Shown here in pieces: positions 52,383 to 63,768 of a stretch of 64,000 bases of DNA. Source of the DNA: a virus. Numbering within the stretch: position 1 is the first letter of the stretch; every line of letters starts with the position of its first letter. The notes beneath the pieces were generated by a model, which worked only from the letters and a program-made list of their open reading frames with translations, was not told the DNA's origin and did no database searches. A program made the translations under genes and the position numbers. The stretch lies in the IMG/VR virus record IMGVR_UViG_3300033273_000208, positions 1 to 64,000 of that record, one strand, 5' to 3'.

Positions 52383-54242
52383 ATGGCAAGAACAGTCCCA
52401 GGAAGCGGCGCTCAAATATCTCCAATATTCAACAGTACCTACGGTGTTCGTGAGGTATATGTGGTTGATGGTGGATCTGGATATGATGCCAATGATCCGC
52501 CACAACTTACTATTGGTAACTGTGGCACACCTCTTCGTGATGCTGTTTTAAGACCTATTATCAATACTGCAGGTGAGATTCAGGCAGTAGAAGTTCTTGA
52601 TCCTGGTGAAGGATATAGTCCACTCCGTCTTGTAATCGATAGTACAGATGCTGGTGCTGCAGGTGCTAACGGTCAAGTCTTTTTGAACGAAACTGGTGGT
52701 ATTGACTACATCCAGTTGACCAGAAATGGTGATAACTATTTCGGTGGCACTACCGCATCGATTGTCGGCGGTGGTGGTGCTGGTGCTGAGTTGGTACCTG
52801 TTACTGGTTTTGTGACTGGTTTATCTCTGGAAAATGTCGGTCGCAACTATACCAGAGACGACATTGCTCTCGTGATCGCTGGCGGTGGTGGTGAAGGTGC
52901 AACAGGCATCTGTGAGGTAAACGAGTTTGGTCAGGTTGAGAACATCAACATCAGTAACCCTGGTGAGTTCTTCGAGACTCCTCCCATCATTCAGTTGATT
53001 GGTGGTGGTGGATCTGGTGCAACTGCTGAAGCAGTTGTCAATCTCGGTAGGATTGAACAAATCAACATCACAAACCCTGGCGATGGATATACTTCTGCCC
53101 CTCAGGTTATCTTCACAAGAAATACGAACCTTGTCAGAACTGCAAGAAATAGACAGTCTCTGAACTCAGTCCTGTATAACATTACTGGTCTTACTTCAGA
53201 CGTTGGTGTTTCGGACACCACAATCAACGTTGAAACCACTGCAGCATTCCCTGGTTCAGGAAAGGCACAGATTGGTAAAGAGATCTTCCGTTATACATCT
53301 AAGACTGCCACTCAGTTCAGGGGCATTACAAGAGGTATTAACTTCAAGTATGACCAGAAAGTTATTCTGGATGCTTTGCAGAATGACCCCAACACTGGAA
53401 TAACTGGATATCAGTTTGCCATCAACGATCGAGTTCGTCGTGTTCAAGAATCGGCAGATAACAAGATCGCTATTGTTTATGACTGGAGACCCGAAACCAG
53501 AGAACTGTATCTGGTGTTTGAGGTTGACGAACTGGCATTCATTGATGCTGGTAAATCTCAGGCAGAGACAAAGATTATCACATTTATTGCTGGTGTTGCT
53601 GGTTCTTCTGGAACTGGTGTGGAACCTCACGTAATCCTGGATTCTCCTGGTGATGAGATTGTTCTGTTTACATCTCCACTTTCAGTTAGACCCGACAGTA
53701 AGTTTGAAGATGATGATGAACTAGAGGGTGCAGGTGATGGCATCATCGATATCATCAATACAGGCACTGACTTTGAATATGAAGTCAGTCTTGATGGCGG
53801 TATTGCTTCATCTAAATATGGTATTGAGGAAACTGTTGGTGGACAGAATACCACACTTCTCCAGATTGGTGATCGTGTGTATGACGGTAGTCAATCACCT
53901 CTAGTTGCAACAGTTCAAGGTGCAGGTGCACTTGGAGACGGCGAATCTCACTCCGCCGACATCAGAATGATCATCAAAGATTGGAATGGCATCACACAGT
54001 TCTTGGTTGGTGAAACCATTCTCTCTTCAGTTTCTGGTGTTAGTGCAACTCTAGATTCTGTGGATTATTCGCCCACAGGATATGGCACAGGATATGTGCA
54101 ACTCAATCTATCCGCCCCCGTCAATAATGGTACGAACTATAAGTTCGATCCAACTGATGCTATTTCTGGTGGTAGCACAAGTGCGTCGGGTAATCTCTGG
54201 GAGGTCTATTACGATTACCTCCTGAGGAACGAACCAGAATAA
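52383..54242 (+). CDS. Virion structural protein (baseplate associated)
   Basis: 619 aa with GSGY/PGEGY repeats, upstream of gp8. Confidence 0.7.
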   Translation: MARTVPGSGAQISPIFNSTYGVREVYVVDGGSGYDANDPPQLTIGNCGTPLRDAVLRPIINTAGEIQAVEVLDPGEGYSPLRLVIDSTDAGAAGANGQVFLNETGGIDYIQLTRNGDNYFGGTTASIVGGGGAGAELVPVTGFVTGLSLENVGRNYTRDDIALVIAGGGGEGATGICEVNEFGQVENINISNPGEFFETPPIIQLIGGGGSGATAEAVVNLGRIEQINITNPGDGYTSAPQVIFTRNTNLVRTARNRQSLNSVLYNITGLTSDVGVSDTTINVETTAAFPGSGKAQIGKEIFRYTSKTATQFRGITRGINFKYDQKVILDALQNDPNTGITGYQFAINDRVRRVQESADNKIAIVYDWRPETRELYLVFEVDELAFIDAGKSQAETKIITFIAGVAGSSGTGVEPHVILDSPGDEIVLFTSPLSVRPDSKFEDDDELEGAGDGIIDIINTGTDFEYEVSLDGGIASSKYGIEETVGGQNTTLLQIGDRVYDGSQSPLVATVQGAGALGDGESHSADIRMIIKDWNGITQFLVGETILSSVSGVSATLDSVDYSPTGYGTGYVQLNLSAPVNNGTNYKFDPTDAISGGSTSASGNLWEVYYDYLLRNEPE

Positions 54243-54244
54243 CC

Positions 54245-54252
54245 TATAAATA
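54245..54252 (+). promoter_or_regulatory. T4 late promoter
   Basis: Perfect TATAAATA upstream of gp8. Confidence 0.85.
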
Positions 54253-54274
54253 AAGGGAAGGGTAAAACAGCATA

Positions 54275-55810
54275 ATGGCGTTACTTACTGACCAGTTTAG
54301 GATTTTTACTGCCAACAAGTTCATCAAGGCATTGGAGGGTCCAGATCCCATCCAATCTGACATTGATGCTGGGGCAAGTAGAGACCGTCTGTACGTTTTC
54401 ATTGGTCGTCCACAATCGTGGGACAATGAAAATAATCCACCGACACCTATTGACTCTTTCCAAGAGTTCTCAGATGTCTTTGATGATATGATTTCGCTTA
54501 AGCGTGTGCTTGCGAATGATGTCATTCAAGTTATCCGTCGTGTGGACTGGACACCTCCCGAACAAACCACTGGTGGTTTGGGTTATGTCTATGACATGTA
54601 TCGTCATGACTATAGTTCTACCAAGACGGCATCGTCTGGTGCTACCAAACTGTATGACGCTGACTTCTACGTGGTCAACTCCTCGTATCAGGTCTATAAG
54701 TGCATCTACAACGGAACATCCCCTTCTGATCCGAACGGTAAGCCCTCGACTGTTGAACCGACTGGTACTTCCACATCTGTTATCACTACCTCCGACGGTT
54801 ATCGCTGGAAGTATATGTATACCATCCCTGTGGGACAGGTGCTGAAGTTCTTCTCTGGCGAATATATGCCAGTGTTGAGTGACGTTGCTGTGCAGTCTGA
54901 TGCTATCGGTGGAGAAATCGACACTGTTGTTATTCAGGCATCTGGTGCTGGTTACAACAACGGCACCTATGAAAACGTTCCCATTAAGGGTGACGGTACT
55001 GGTGGTCGTGTATCACTGGTTGTTGATGGTGGTAAGGTCGTTTCTGCAACCGTGACCTCTGGTGGTTCTGGTTACACATTCGGTAAAGTCATCATCGACG
55101 AAGTGAACGGTATTGGTGCTGGCGCTGGTGCAGGTGCAACTATCGACGTTATTATCCCCCCTGTTGGCGGTCACGGTGCTGTACCCCCCGTCGAACTGGG
55201 TGGTTTCCGAGTAATGATCAACACAAAGTTCACCTACGCTGAAGGTAGCGGTGACTTCCCGACCGATAACGACTATCGTCGTATTGGTCTGGTGATCAAC
55301 CCCAAGAGATTCGGTACCGCTGAACTGGTATCCGACCTCACCTTGTCTGGAACGTATGCATCCATCTTCCCCGCATCGTTTACAGGTCAGTTCCAAACTG
55401 ATGAAATCATCACACAATCCCGTACCGTTGGTGGTCAGCAAGTGACTGCTCGTGGACGAGTCATCTCCTGGAACTCCACAACCAAAGTTTTGAAGTATTA
55501 CCAGAACAGAGTTGACGGTGTGTTCCCTGAAATCACAGGTAACCTCGTTGAGTTTGAAGGTGGTAACGCAATCGTTGGTGCTACATCTGGTACCTCTGGT
55601 GACCCAGATATTAACTTCCCGATTGTCGCAGGTGCATCAACTCGTGTTATCAACAACACAGAATATGACCTGGGTATGTCATTCACAAACGGATATGCAT
55701 CTCCTGAGATCGAACCGAACTCTGGCGATGTCATCTACATAGATAACAGGAGCGCGATTTCTCGTGCTGGTGACCAAATCGAAGATATCAAAATCGTAAT
55801 CGAGTTCTAA
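54275..55810 (+). CDS. gp8: Baseplate wedge subunit gp8
   Basis: LYVFIGRPQSW, VIRRVDW, YDMY, VYKCIYN, DGYRWKYMY, SGDVIYIDNR..I.R...Q.EDIKIVIEF. Confidence 0.93.
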   Translation: MALLTDQFRIFTANKFIKALEGPDPIQSDIDAGASRDRLYVFIGRPQSWDNENNPPTPIDSFQEFSDVFDDMISLKRVLANDVIQVIRRVDWTPPEQTTGGLGYVYDMYRHDYSSTKTASSGATKLYDADFYVVNSSYQVYKCIYNGTSPSDPNGKPSTVEPTGTSTSVITTSDGYRWKYMYTIPVGQVLKFFSGEYMPVLSDVAVQSDAIGGEIDTVVIQASGAGYNNGTYENVPIKGDGTGGRVSLVVDGGKVVSATVTSGGSGYTFGKVIIDEVNGIGAGAGAGATIDVIIPPVGGHGAVPPVELGGFRVMINTKFTYAEGSGDFPTDNDYRRIGLVINPKRFGTAELVSDLTLSGTYASIFPASFTGQFQTDEIITQSRTVGGQQVTARGRVISWNSTTKVLKYYQNRVDGVFPEITGNLVEFEGGNAIVGATSGTSGDPDINFPIVAGASTRVINNTEYDLGMSFTNGYASPEIEPNSGDVIYIDNRSAISRAGDQIEDIKIVIEF

Positions 55811-55811
55811 A

Positions 55812-58800
55812 ATGCCCCAGAATACTAATCTGAACATTAGTCCTTATTTTGACGACTTCGATAAGGACAAAAACTTTTACAGAGTTCTCTTTAGACCAGG
55901 ATTCCCCATCCAGGCTAGGGAACTTACCTCGATGCAGACTATTCTGCAGAACCAAATCGAGTCCATGGGTCAACACTTCTTCAAAGAAGGTGCCATGGTC
56001 ATTCCTGGTCAGATTGGTTACGACCTGAATGTTAAAGCAGTTATCCTGCAACAAAACTTTCTGGGGGTTGATGTTGAGAACTACCGTGAGCAACTGCACG
56101 GACAACTGATTACTGGCGTTACATCTGGTGTTAAGGCAAAGGTTCTGTACTCTATTCCTGCTACAGAATCCGATAGAGGATATATCACACTGTACGTTAA
56201 GTATGTTGACTCTGGCGATACCGTTTCGGCAGAAAATGTCAAAGAGTTTATCGATAACGAACAACTCTACGCTGAGAACGAGATTACCTTTGGATCAACC
56301 CTGATTGAGGTTTCTTCTCCGTTTGCACAACTTTTGCCTGCTGAGTCAACTGCAACGGGTTCTGTTGCATACATCAATGCTGGTGTGTATTTCATCAGAG
56401 GTTACTTTGTAGACGTGGAGTCTGCATACCTTCTGCTGGATCAATACACCAACAACCCTTCTTATCGTGTTGGTCTTGAGGTCAGTGAGTCGATTATCAC
56501 CCCTGAGGATGATCCCTCACTGAACGACAATGCTGCTGGTTCTTCTAACTATTCTGCCCCTGGTGGACATAGATTCCGCATTAGAACTACCCTCACTAAG
56601 AAAGCAATCAATGATGATACTGATAAGAACTTCATTGAACTGCTGAGAATCAACAACAGTAAGGTTGAGCAGGTCGTTAATAAGACTGCATATTCCGAAC
56701 TGGAGCGTTCTCTTGCACGCCGTACGTTTGAAGAGAGTGGCGACTACGTTGTAGATACGTTTGACGTTACTGCCCGTGAGCACCTTGATGATTTCTTCAA
56801 CAACGGTGTTTACAGAACTGGAGAAGTTTCCCCCGATGGCGTTTCTGCTTCTGATGAGTACCTTGCTGTTGAGGTTGGTCCTGGTAGAGCATATGTTAGA
56901 GGTTATAGAACCGAGTTCTTGACTTCTCAGTATGCTTCTGTTCCCAAACCCAGAACATTCAAAACCAGAGAGAACGGTATTATTTCGTTTGAACTCGGCA
57001 ACTTTGTCGAAGTTTACGACGTTTATGGCAATCCACAAATCAGTGGTGACGGTGTTAACGATGCATATCAGATCATCGAACTCCGTGACAACTGGATGAT
57101 CGCACCTAACGACACAACCGATTATTCCACTTACACTGGTTCTTCCCAGGGTAACATGATCGGTAAGGCTCGTGTCGTCCAGATGAAGTATGTGAAGACT
57201 GATACCACACTCGGTACAGACTTCCACAACCTCTACATGATGGACATTCAAATGTTCACGGTGATGAACTTCAAGGCAAACGTCGTTCTGCAAGCAGGCG
57301 ATGTTATTGAAGGTCGTACATCTGGTGCTAGAGCATATGTCTATGAAGGTGCAACAACGGGTCAGAACCGTAAGTATGTGACACTCTATCAGGTGTCTGG
57401 CACATTTACAAATGGTGAGGTCGTCACAAGAGACGGTCGTGTCGTGGGTGAGATTGATGCTGTGTTCGGTTATCAGTTCCAAGACACCAGATCCATGGTT
57501 GGTAGAAACCAGGGTTCGGCAATCGTTTTTGGTTGTAACGTCAGCCTGAAGGATCAGTATGCAATCGACTGCTATAACGTTGATGTTGATCAGACCACTA
57601 ACCAACTCCTTTATGGTTATGGTTCCAACTTTGGTACAGAACTCCGCCCTGGTGAAGTTCTCCGTGTAACTGGTACATCCCTGAAGGGCGAAAACACTCT
57701 CCGCATTAAGAGAGTTGACCCAACAGCGATTGATGCTACAGAAGCAAACTCTGCAACTTCCGTCTCAAACTACATCTTTGACTATGCCAATCAAACGGCA
57801 ATCCTCGATACGACTCTGACTAAGGGTACCATTCCTGATGGCGAATATGCTCAGGGTGTGGTCATTCGTATGAGACCGTATCTGCAGATGAAGTCATATC
57901 AGAACGGTGAACTCAGCATTGACTTGCCATATCGTTCGATGCGTTCTCTGGAAGACGAATCGTTCTTCGTCTATAGATCGTTTGTTAATAAGGTTGTAAG
58001 TAACGGTGATATCACTATCACTCTCCCCGAGTCTGAGGCATTCGGTTCACTGGATGAAGGTGACTTCACTCTTACGGTTGCTGCTCAATCTGGTTCTTCC
58101 TATACAGTTGGACAGAACCTCGATCTGGAAACAGAAAATGATGCACAGAATCTGACAGTTAGTTTTGGTGCTGAGAGACAGTCCATTACTGTTCAAGGTC
58201 TGACAGGTGTTACTTCGGTTCACCTGAATGCACTGGTCTCAAAAAATACCGTCTCCAGAAAGATCAAGACTGCATCTAAGATGCGTGTCCTGAAAGTTAT
58301 TAAGACGAATCAGCAGAACGATACTCTGAAGTTTGGTCTTGCTTACGGTAACCTGTACGGTACTCGTATTGAAGACCGTGAGATCTCGATGGGTCTGAAC
58401 GATGTCTATAAGATTCATGCTGTATATGAGTCTGAGACTGATCAAGATGCACAGATTCCATATGTTGTTCTTGACTCAGCAACCTTCTTTGATGTTGGTT
58501 CTGTTGTTGTCGGTCGTACCTCTGGTGCTAGAGCACGAGTCGTATCGTTTGTCAACTCCACCCTCCGTCTCTATAACGTATCTCTGAATAACGTTCCGTT
58601 CGTTCCTGGTGAGATTATCGACGGTTTTGACGATGATGGCATTGCACTGACTGCACTGATTGATGACGCTGATGGATCTGTCGTCCTTGGTGCTAGAAAC
58701 ATTACATCATCGTTCACTCTGGATCCTCAGCAAGGTTCACACTTTACTGATGTTTCCAAACTGATTCGTGAACCCAACATCACTGCTCCTACAAGGAAAC

Positions 58801-61800
58801 TGATCATTATCTTTGATTACTTCCTGCATGAGCAGACTGGTGATTATTTCTCTGCACAATCTTACACAGGTATTCCTTTCAAGGAAATCCCTAACTACAA
58901 ACTTGACGGTAGTATCAACTTCCTGGTTGACCAGATTGACTTCCGTCCTGCAGTTGGTGAGCAAGCAGAAGGTTCGGGTACGGTAGGCAACCCCTACTAT
59001 GTGAACTGTACCTCTCTTGACTTCGACTCCCGTGTATTCTCTACGCAGAACAATGCTGCTGGTGGATCCACAATCTTCGATATCATGCGTGTAGAGACAG
59101 CATTCCGTGCTGACTACTCCTGGTATCAACCCAGACTTGACCACATCTATCTGGGTCACAATAACGAAATCATCGTTGCTCAGGGTAAACCTGGGGATGA
59201 TCTTCTTCCTCCCGACAAGGTTGAGAATGCCATGTTGCTTGCAACTATGGAACTCAAACCATATGTCTACAATCCTGAGCGTGACGTAATCATCAGCCCT
59301 GAGCAGATTCGTCGCTTCACGATGAAGGACATTGGTGACCTTGAGGCACGTCTTGCACAAGTTGAATACTACACCTCCCTGTCTCTGCTTGAAGTTCAGG
59401 CAGACAACACCAAGTCCTACGATGCTAACGGTCTTGATAGATTCAAGAACGGTTATGTTGTGGATGACTTCACCGATCATACAGTTGGTGATGTTCTGAG
59501 TCCTGACTACAAGTGCTCCTTGGACTTCAGAGAAGGTATTCTCCGTCCGTCTCACTACACAACTAACGTTGCTCTTGAGTGGAACGAGACTTCCTCTAGC
59601 AGTATTGTCAAGCACGAAGCAAACGTTCTGACACTTCCATACACCGAGGAAGTTATCGTTGAGCAACCATATGCTTCCCGTCAAGAGAACGTTAACCCGT
59701 TCAACGTGTTTACATTCATTGGTCGTATCGACCTCCTGCCGTCTTCTGACGACTGGATCGACACCAAGCGTCTGCCTGCAAGAGTTGAGAACGTCGAAGG
59801 TGACTTCTCTGCAGTTGCTAGAGACCTGAACATCGACCAGAACGGTTTCGCTCCTATTCAGTGGGGTTCTTGGCAGACCAACTGGACTGGTGAAACACTA
59901 CAATCCAGAAACAGATTCCTGTCTAGATCTGGTAGATATGGTGTTGGTCGTCAGTTGGGTCGTGCTGGTCACGGTCAGCGTCGTCAAGGTCTCTTCTACC
60001 TGCACGAACGTCGTACCTATCGTGTTGTTAATAACCAGACACGTCAAGGTGTGAGAACTCGTGTTGTTCCTCGTGTTGATCGCAAGTCTCTGGGTGACAG
60101 CATTCTGTCTCAGACAGCAATCCCCTGGATTCGTTCCAGAAACGTGGGTTACAAGGTTTCTCGTATGAAACCCAATACTCGTTTCTATGCATTCTTCGAC
60201 AACGTGAATGTAAACAACTACATGATGCCTAAGATCATCGAGTTGGTGAAGAACTCTTCTGCAGACCCCAATACAAACGAAACACCGTTTGTTGTTGGTG
60301 AGACTGTTGTTGGTTCTACATCTGGTTGCCGTTTGAAAGTTGCTAACCCGAATGATGGTGGTCAGTTCAACCCCTATACTGGCACATCCTCCCCGCTGCC
60401 CGAGTCTTATGCATCGCAGACAGATATCCTAAACATTGACGTTACTGCTCTGGCAGAAACCAAGAACCCTGATTACTACGGCAACATTGCTGTCGGTGAG
60501 GTCCTTGTCGGTCAAACCTCTGGTGCTCGTGCTGTCGTCAAGGATCGTCGTCTGATCTCCAACAACGTTGGTGAGATTGCTGGTACTCTGTTTATTCCAA
60601 ACCCAAACGAGGATGCAAACCCCCGTTTCGCAACAGGTACTCGTACTTTCCGTTTTACAACGAATGCCGATAACAGCAAACTGCCAGGCACCGTTGACTC
60701 TTCTGCTGAAACAACTTACGAAGCAAGAGGTGTTCTGAACACTGTCCAAGAAAACATCCTAGCAGTTCGTAACGCTGAGATTGTTCGTGACACGGTTTCG
60801 AGTACAAGAAACGTTATCTCTACAAGAACAGAGACACGTCAGATTGGTTGGTATGACCCTCTGGCACAATCCTTCATCCTCGACGAAGAAGGTGGTATGT
60901 TCCTGAACTCGGTTGACATCTTCTTTGCAACCAAGGACGCGAACATTCCCATCTCTATGCAGATTCGTACCATGGAGAATGGTTATCCGACTGGCGTTAT
61001 TTTGCCGTTCTCGGATATCACACTCAATCCCTCCCAGGTAGAAACATCTGAGAACGCTGCTATTGCAACCAAGTTCACATTCCGCGCACCTGTTTACATC
61101 AAGCAGTCCACAGAATACTGTTTTGTTCTGCTGTCCGACTCCAACGAATACAAGGTTTGGATCTCCAGAATGGGTGACGTTGATGTCTCTGGTACAAGAA
61201 CGATCTCTGAGCAACCGTATGCTGGTGTTCTGTTCAAGTCTCAGAACGCATCTACCTGGACCGCCGACCAGTATGAAGACCTGAAGTTCCGCATCAACCG
61301 CTGCATCTTCGGTCCTACATCTGGTACTGCAGTCTTCAATAACTGCACTCTGGGTAAGGGTAATGGTGGTGTTCACAATCTCGTTGAGAACCCGATCCAA
61401 ACTCTCAAACCCAAACAGATTATTGATCTTCCTGTCGGATTTGCTGAGTCGTTCACCGTTGGTGCTCGTTTGATTCAGGATCCCTCCAATGCAGCAGGTA
61501 CCATTGTCGAATATGACACCACTGGTTCTATTCCAAGACTGACCCTTAATGATCTTGAAGGCACAATCGCAACTGGTTTCCTCCAGCAAGGTGGCGGTAT
61601 CTTCAACGTGTTCAAGTCCTCTCAGTCACTGGTAACCATCACAACATCTGTGGTTCAGAACGGTGCATTCCAAGCAGGTCAAGTCATTACTAATGGTGGT
61701 GATGCTGAAGCAACCGTGGTTTCTTTCGACGAAAACACAGGGATTATTGAAGCAAACTTCTGTAAGGGTACCTTCACTGATGCTGACACAATCAGCAATA

Positions 61801-63167
61801 CTGCCAGTGTAACTGCAACGATTGTTGCATCAGGTGTTGTCTATAGTGGCGACTCTCGTTCTGGATATCCTACTGCTTCACCCACTTACGACTCTGACGA
61901 GAAGGAAGTGCTGGTATATCACAAGAACCACGGTATGCACGAACGTAGCAACAACATCACTGTTGAAGGCATCGTTTCCGAAGTTGGTGGTACAACTCTG
62001 ACATCTACTCTTGCTGCTGATGCAACAAACATCGCAGTACAGGATGCTCTGTCATTCCACATCATCATCAACAACAAAGACGTTGGTACTACCAACCCTG
62101 GTTATATCAAGATCGGTGATGAGATCATTGCATATAGTGCAATCTCTTCAACTGGTCAAACCATCACTGTTGCTCCTTCTGGTCGTGGTGCTGATGGCAC
62201 TGCTGCCGTTGAGCACCCCGCAGGATCTGTAGTTGAGTGCTACAACCTGGATGGTATTCCTCTGATCGAACTGAACAAAACACACGAACAGATCTCCTGC
62301 CCATGGTTGGATACTTACATGCTGCACACCACAAGTGTTGCAAGCAACGGTATCCGTGGCGGTGGTAAGAATGTCTTTGCATCTCAGAACGTACAGTTCG
62401 AGACCATCACCCCGACATTGAAGGTTATGAACCTTCCAGAAACTGCTGTTCGTGCCTTGGTAAATACTACTACGGCGACTTCGATCGGTGATGGTTCAAC
62501 TAACATCGACCAAGCATCGTTCATCAACACTGGTGACTATGAAGAGATTGTTCTCAACGAACTGAACCAGTTTGCAACTCCCAGAATGATTGCTTCTCAA
62601 ATCAATGAGAACAACAAAATGGAAGGTAGCAAGTCTCTGACGATGCAAGTTCAACTCAGCACACAAAACACAAATCTGTCACCTGTTGTTGACCTTGACC
62701 GCTGCTCTTTGATCACTACATCCAATCGTATCAACTATTGGCCAGGTGGTTCTGCTGTTATTCCTTCTCAGGCAAACATTGATAGAACTGCTGACACCTC
62801 TACCGATCCTGTTGGTGATCAAAATGACGCTGTGTATCTCACCCGTCTCGCAAGACTCACAAACGAATCTCGTTCTTTGAAACTTCAGTTCCAGATTACA
62901 AGATCTGATGAGTCGTACATCTATCCTTATTACAAGGTGTTCACTTTCGGTTCTTCTACTAGACCTGAAGAAGTGGATTGGATTCCGTTCCCGACAACAA
63001 TCGAGTACGACGACACCCCATCCGAAGAACTCCTCTGGAAGGATTATGAATATGAAGTCAACGGATTGAACTTCAACGCTTTCCAAATCAAGTTGGTGAT
63101 GAAGTCGAAGAACCAAGCACGAGTACCGCTCATCGCGGACATGAGAGCAATCGCACTCGCTACTTAA
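55812..63167 (+). CDS. Large tail/virion structural protein, VrlC / DUF4815-like (2451 aa)
   Basis: PYFDDFD..KNFYRVLFRPG..QARELT..Q, APGGHR, LARRTFEESGDY, RFKNG.VVDDF, DPLAQSF, SQN..TW...Q.EDLKF. Confidence 0.85.
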   Translation: MPQNTNLNISPYFDDFDKDKNFYRVLFRPGFPIQARELTSMQTILQNQIESMGQHFFKEGAMVIPGQIGYDLNVKAVILQQNFLGVDVENYREQLHGQLITGVTSGVKAKVLYSIPATESDRGYITLYVKYVDSGDTVSAENVKEFIDNEQLYAENEITFGSTLIEVSSPFAQLLPAESTATGSVAYINAGVYFIRGYFVDVESAYLLLDQYTNNPSYRVGLEVSESIITPEDDPSLNDNAAGSSNYSAPGGHRFRIRTTLTKKAINDDTDKNFIELLRINNSKVEQVVNKTAYSELERSLARRTFEESGDYVVDTFDVTAREHLDDFFNNGVYRTGEVSPDGVSASDEYLAVEVGPGRAYVRGYRTEFLTSQYASVPKPRTFKTRENGIISFELGNFVEVYDVYGNPQISGDGVNDAYQIIELRDNWMIAPNDTTDYSTYTGSSQGNMIGKARVVQMKYVKTDTTLGTDFHNLYMMDIQMFTVMNFKANVVLQAGDVIEGRTSGARAYVYEGATTGQNRKYVTLYQVSGTFTNGEVVTRDGRVVGEIDAVFGYQFQDTRSMVGRNQGSAIVFGCNVSLKDQYAIDCYNVDVDQTTNQLLYGYGSNFGTELRPGEVLRVTGTSLKGENTLRIKRVDPTAIDATEANSATSVSNYIFDYANQTAILDTTLTKGTIPDGEYAQGVVIRMRPYLQMKSYQNGELSIDLPYRSMRSLEDESFFVYRSFVNKVVSNGDITITLPESEAFGSLDEGDFTLTVAAQSGSSYTVGQNLDLETENDAQNLTVSFGAERQSITVQGLTGVTSVHLNALVSKNTVSRKIKTASKMRVLKVIKTNQQNDTLKFGLAYGNLYGTRIEDREISMGLNDVYKIHAVYESETDQDAQIPYVVLDSATFFDVGSVVVGRTSGARARVVSFVNSTLRLYNVSLNNVPFVPGEIIDGFDDDGIALTALIDDADGSVVLGARNITSSFTLDPQQGSHFTDVSKLIREPNITAPTRKLIIIFDYFLHEQTGDYFSAQSYTGIPFKEIPNYKLDGSINFLVDQIDFRPAVGEQAEGSGTVGNPYYVNCTSLDFDSRVFSTQNNAAGGSTIFDIMRVETAFRADYSWYQPRLDHIYLGHNNEIIVAQGKPGDDLLPPDKVENAMLLATMELKPYVYNPERDVIISPEQIRRFTMKDIGDLEARLAQVEYYTSLSLLEVQADNTKSYDANGLDRFKNGYVVDDFTDHTVGDVLSPDYKCSLDFREGILRPSHYTTNVALEWNETSSSSIVKHEANVLTLPYTEEVIVEQPYASRQENVNPFNVFTFIGRIDLLPSSDDWIDTKRLPARVENVEGDFSAVARDLNIDQNGFAPIQWGSWQTNWTGETLQSRNRFLSRSGRYGVGRQLGRAGHGQRRQGLFYLHERRTYRVVNNQTRQGVRTRVVPRVDRKSLGDSILSQTAIPWIRSRNVGYKVSRMKPNTRFYAFFDNVNVNNYMMPKIIELVKNSSADPNTNETPFVVGETVVGSTSGCRLKVANPNDGGQFNPYTGTSSPLPESYASQTDILNIDVTALAETKNPDYYGNIAVGEVLVGQTSGARAVVKDRRLISNNVGEIAGTLFIPNPNEDANPRFATGTRTFRFTTNADNSKLPGTVDSSAETTYEARGVLNTVQENILAVRNAEIVRDTVSSTRNVISTRTETRQIGWYDPLAQSFILDEEGGMFLNSVDIFFATKDANIPISMQIRTMENGYPTGVILPFSDITLNPSQVETSENAAIATKFTFRAPVYIKQSTEYCFVLLSDSNEYKVWISRMGDVDVSGTRTISEQPYAGVLFKSQNASTWTADQYEDLKFRINRCIFGPTSGTAVFNNCTLGKGNGGVHNLVENPIQTLKPKQIIDLPVGFAESFTVGARLIQDPSNAAGTIVEYDTTGSIPRLTLNDLEGTIATGFLQQGGGIFNVFKSSQSLVTITTSVVQNGAFQAGQVITNGGDAEATVVSFDENTGIIEANFCKGTFTDADTISNTASVTATIVASGVVYSGDSRSGYPTASPTYDSDEKEVLVYHKNHGMHERSNNITVEGIVSEVGGTTLTSTLAADATNIAVQDALSFHIIINNKDVGTTNPGYIKIGDEIIAYSAISSTGQTITVAPSGRGADGTAAVEHPAGSVVECYNLDGIPLIELNKTHEQISCPWLDTYMLHTTSVASNGIRGGGKNVFASQNVQFETITPTLKVMNLPETAVRALVNTTTATSIGDGSTNIDQASFINTGDYEEIVLNELNQFATPRMIASQINENNKMEGSKSLTMQVQLSTQNTNLSPVVDLDRCSLITTSNRINYWPGGSAVIPSQANIDRTADTSTDPVGDQNDAVYLTRLARLTNESRSLKLQFQITRSDESYIYPYYKVFTFGSSTRPEEVDWIPFPTTIEYDDTPSEELLWKDYEYEVNGLNFNAFQIKLVMKSKNQARVPLIADMRAIALAT

Positions 63168-63230
63168 TACTTAAAGCTATATCTGTTCTTCTGAACCCTT
63201 ACAGTGTTATTCTAATCAGATTATTAGATT

Positions 63231-63491
63231 ATGTCAAGTCTTGATCCATATGAAGAAGGATATATTCCCGTTGAAGGTAGAGACAACCTTTTTCGGGATC
63301 CTTACTCAAAAGCGATTGTCAATACAGACAAATCGGAGTACGCTAAATACATGGATGCTGTAAAGCGCCGAGAGTCTCAAACAAACAAAGTTGACTCTTT
63401 ACAAAAGGAGGTTTCTGATCTAAAATCAGACATCCAGTATATGAAAACCTTACTAATGAAACTTGCAAAGGAGGACAACGATGCCCGCTGA
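63231..63491 (+). CDS. Hypothetical protein
   Basis: VEG..NLFRD..S.AIVNTD..EY..Y plus C-terminal coiled coil. Confidence 0.75.
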   Translation: MSSLDPYEEGYIPVEGRDNLFRDPYSKAIVNTDKSEYAKYMDAVKRRESQTNKVDSLQKEVSDLKSDIQYMKTLLMKLAKEDNDAR

Positions 63492-63687
63492 AGTGACCGA
63501 AACTATGGAACAGAGTGAACTGCTCGCTAACTTTCGTGAACGTTACACCAAACTTCTCGAAACAAACAAAGAACTTACTCAGCAAATCAAGAATAATGAG
63601 GCACAAGCACTGAAACTGCTTGGAGCAATCGAAACCCTAGAGTATTTGGGACAAGAAAGTGAAACCGCTGAAACCCCCGAAGAATGA
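63481..63687 (+). CDS. Small coiled-coil protein
   Basis: MPAEVTE...LKLLGAIETLEYL; GGAGG RBS. Confidence 0.7.
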   Translation: MPAEVTETMEQSELLANFRERYTKLLETNKELTQQIKNNEAQALKLLGAIETLEYLGQESETAETPEE

Positions 63688-63692
63688 TACAG

Positions 63693-63716
63693 AGAGTCCT
63701 TCGGGACTCTTTTTTT
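63693..63716 (+). terminator. Intrinsic terminator with cUUCGg tetraloop
   Basis: AGAGTCC-TTCG-GGACTCT-TTTTTT. Confidence 0.9.
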
Positions 63717-63720
63717 CTGG

Positions 63721-63728
63721 CATAAATA
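63721..63728 (+). promoter_or_regulatory. T4-type late promoter (variant)
   Basis: CATAAATA upstream of 63769. Confidence 0.6.
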
Positions 63729-63768
63729 ACTAGAAGGCAAGGTACCGCTGGCACTATCTTAATAAGCA

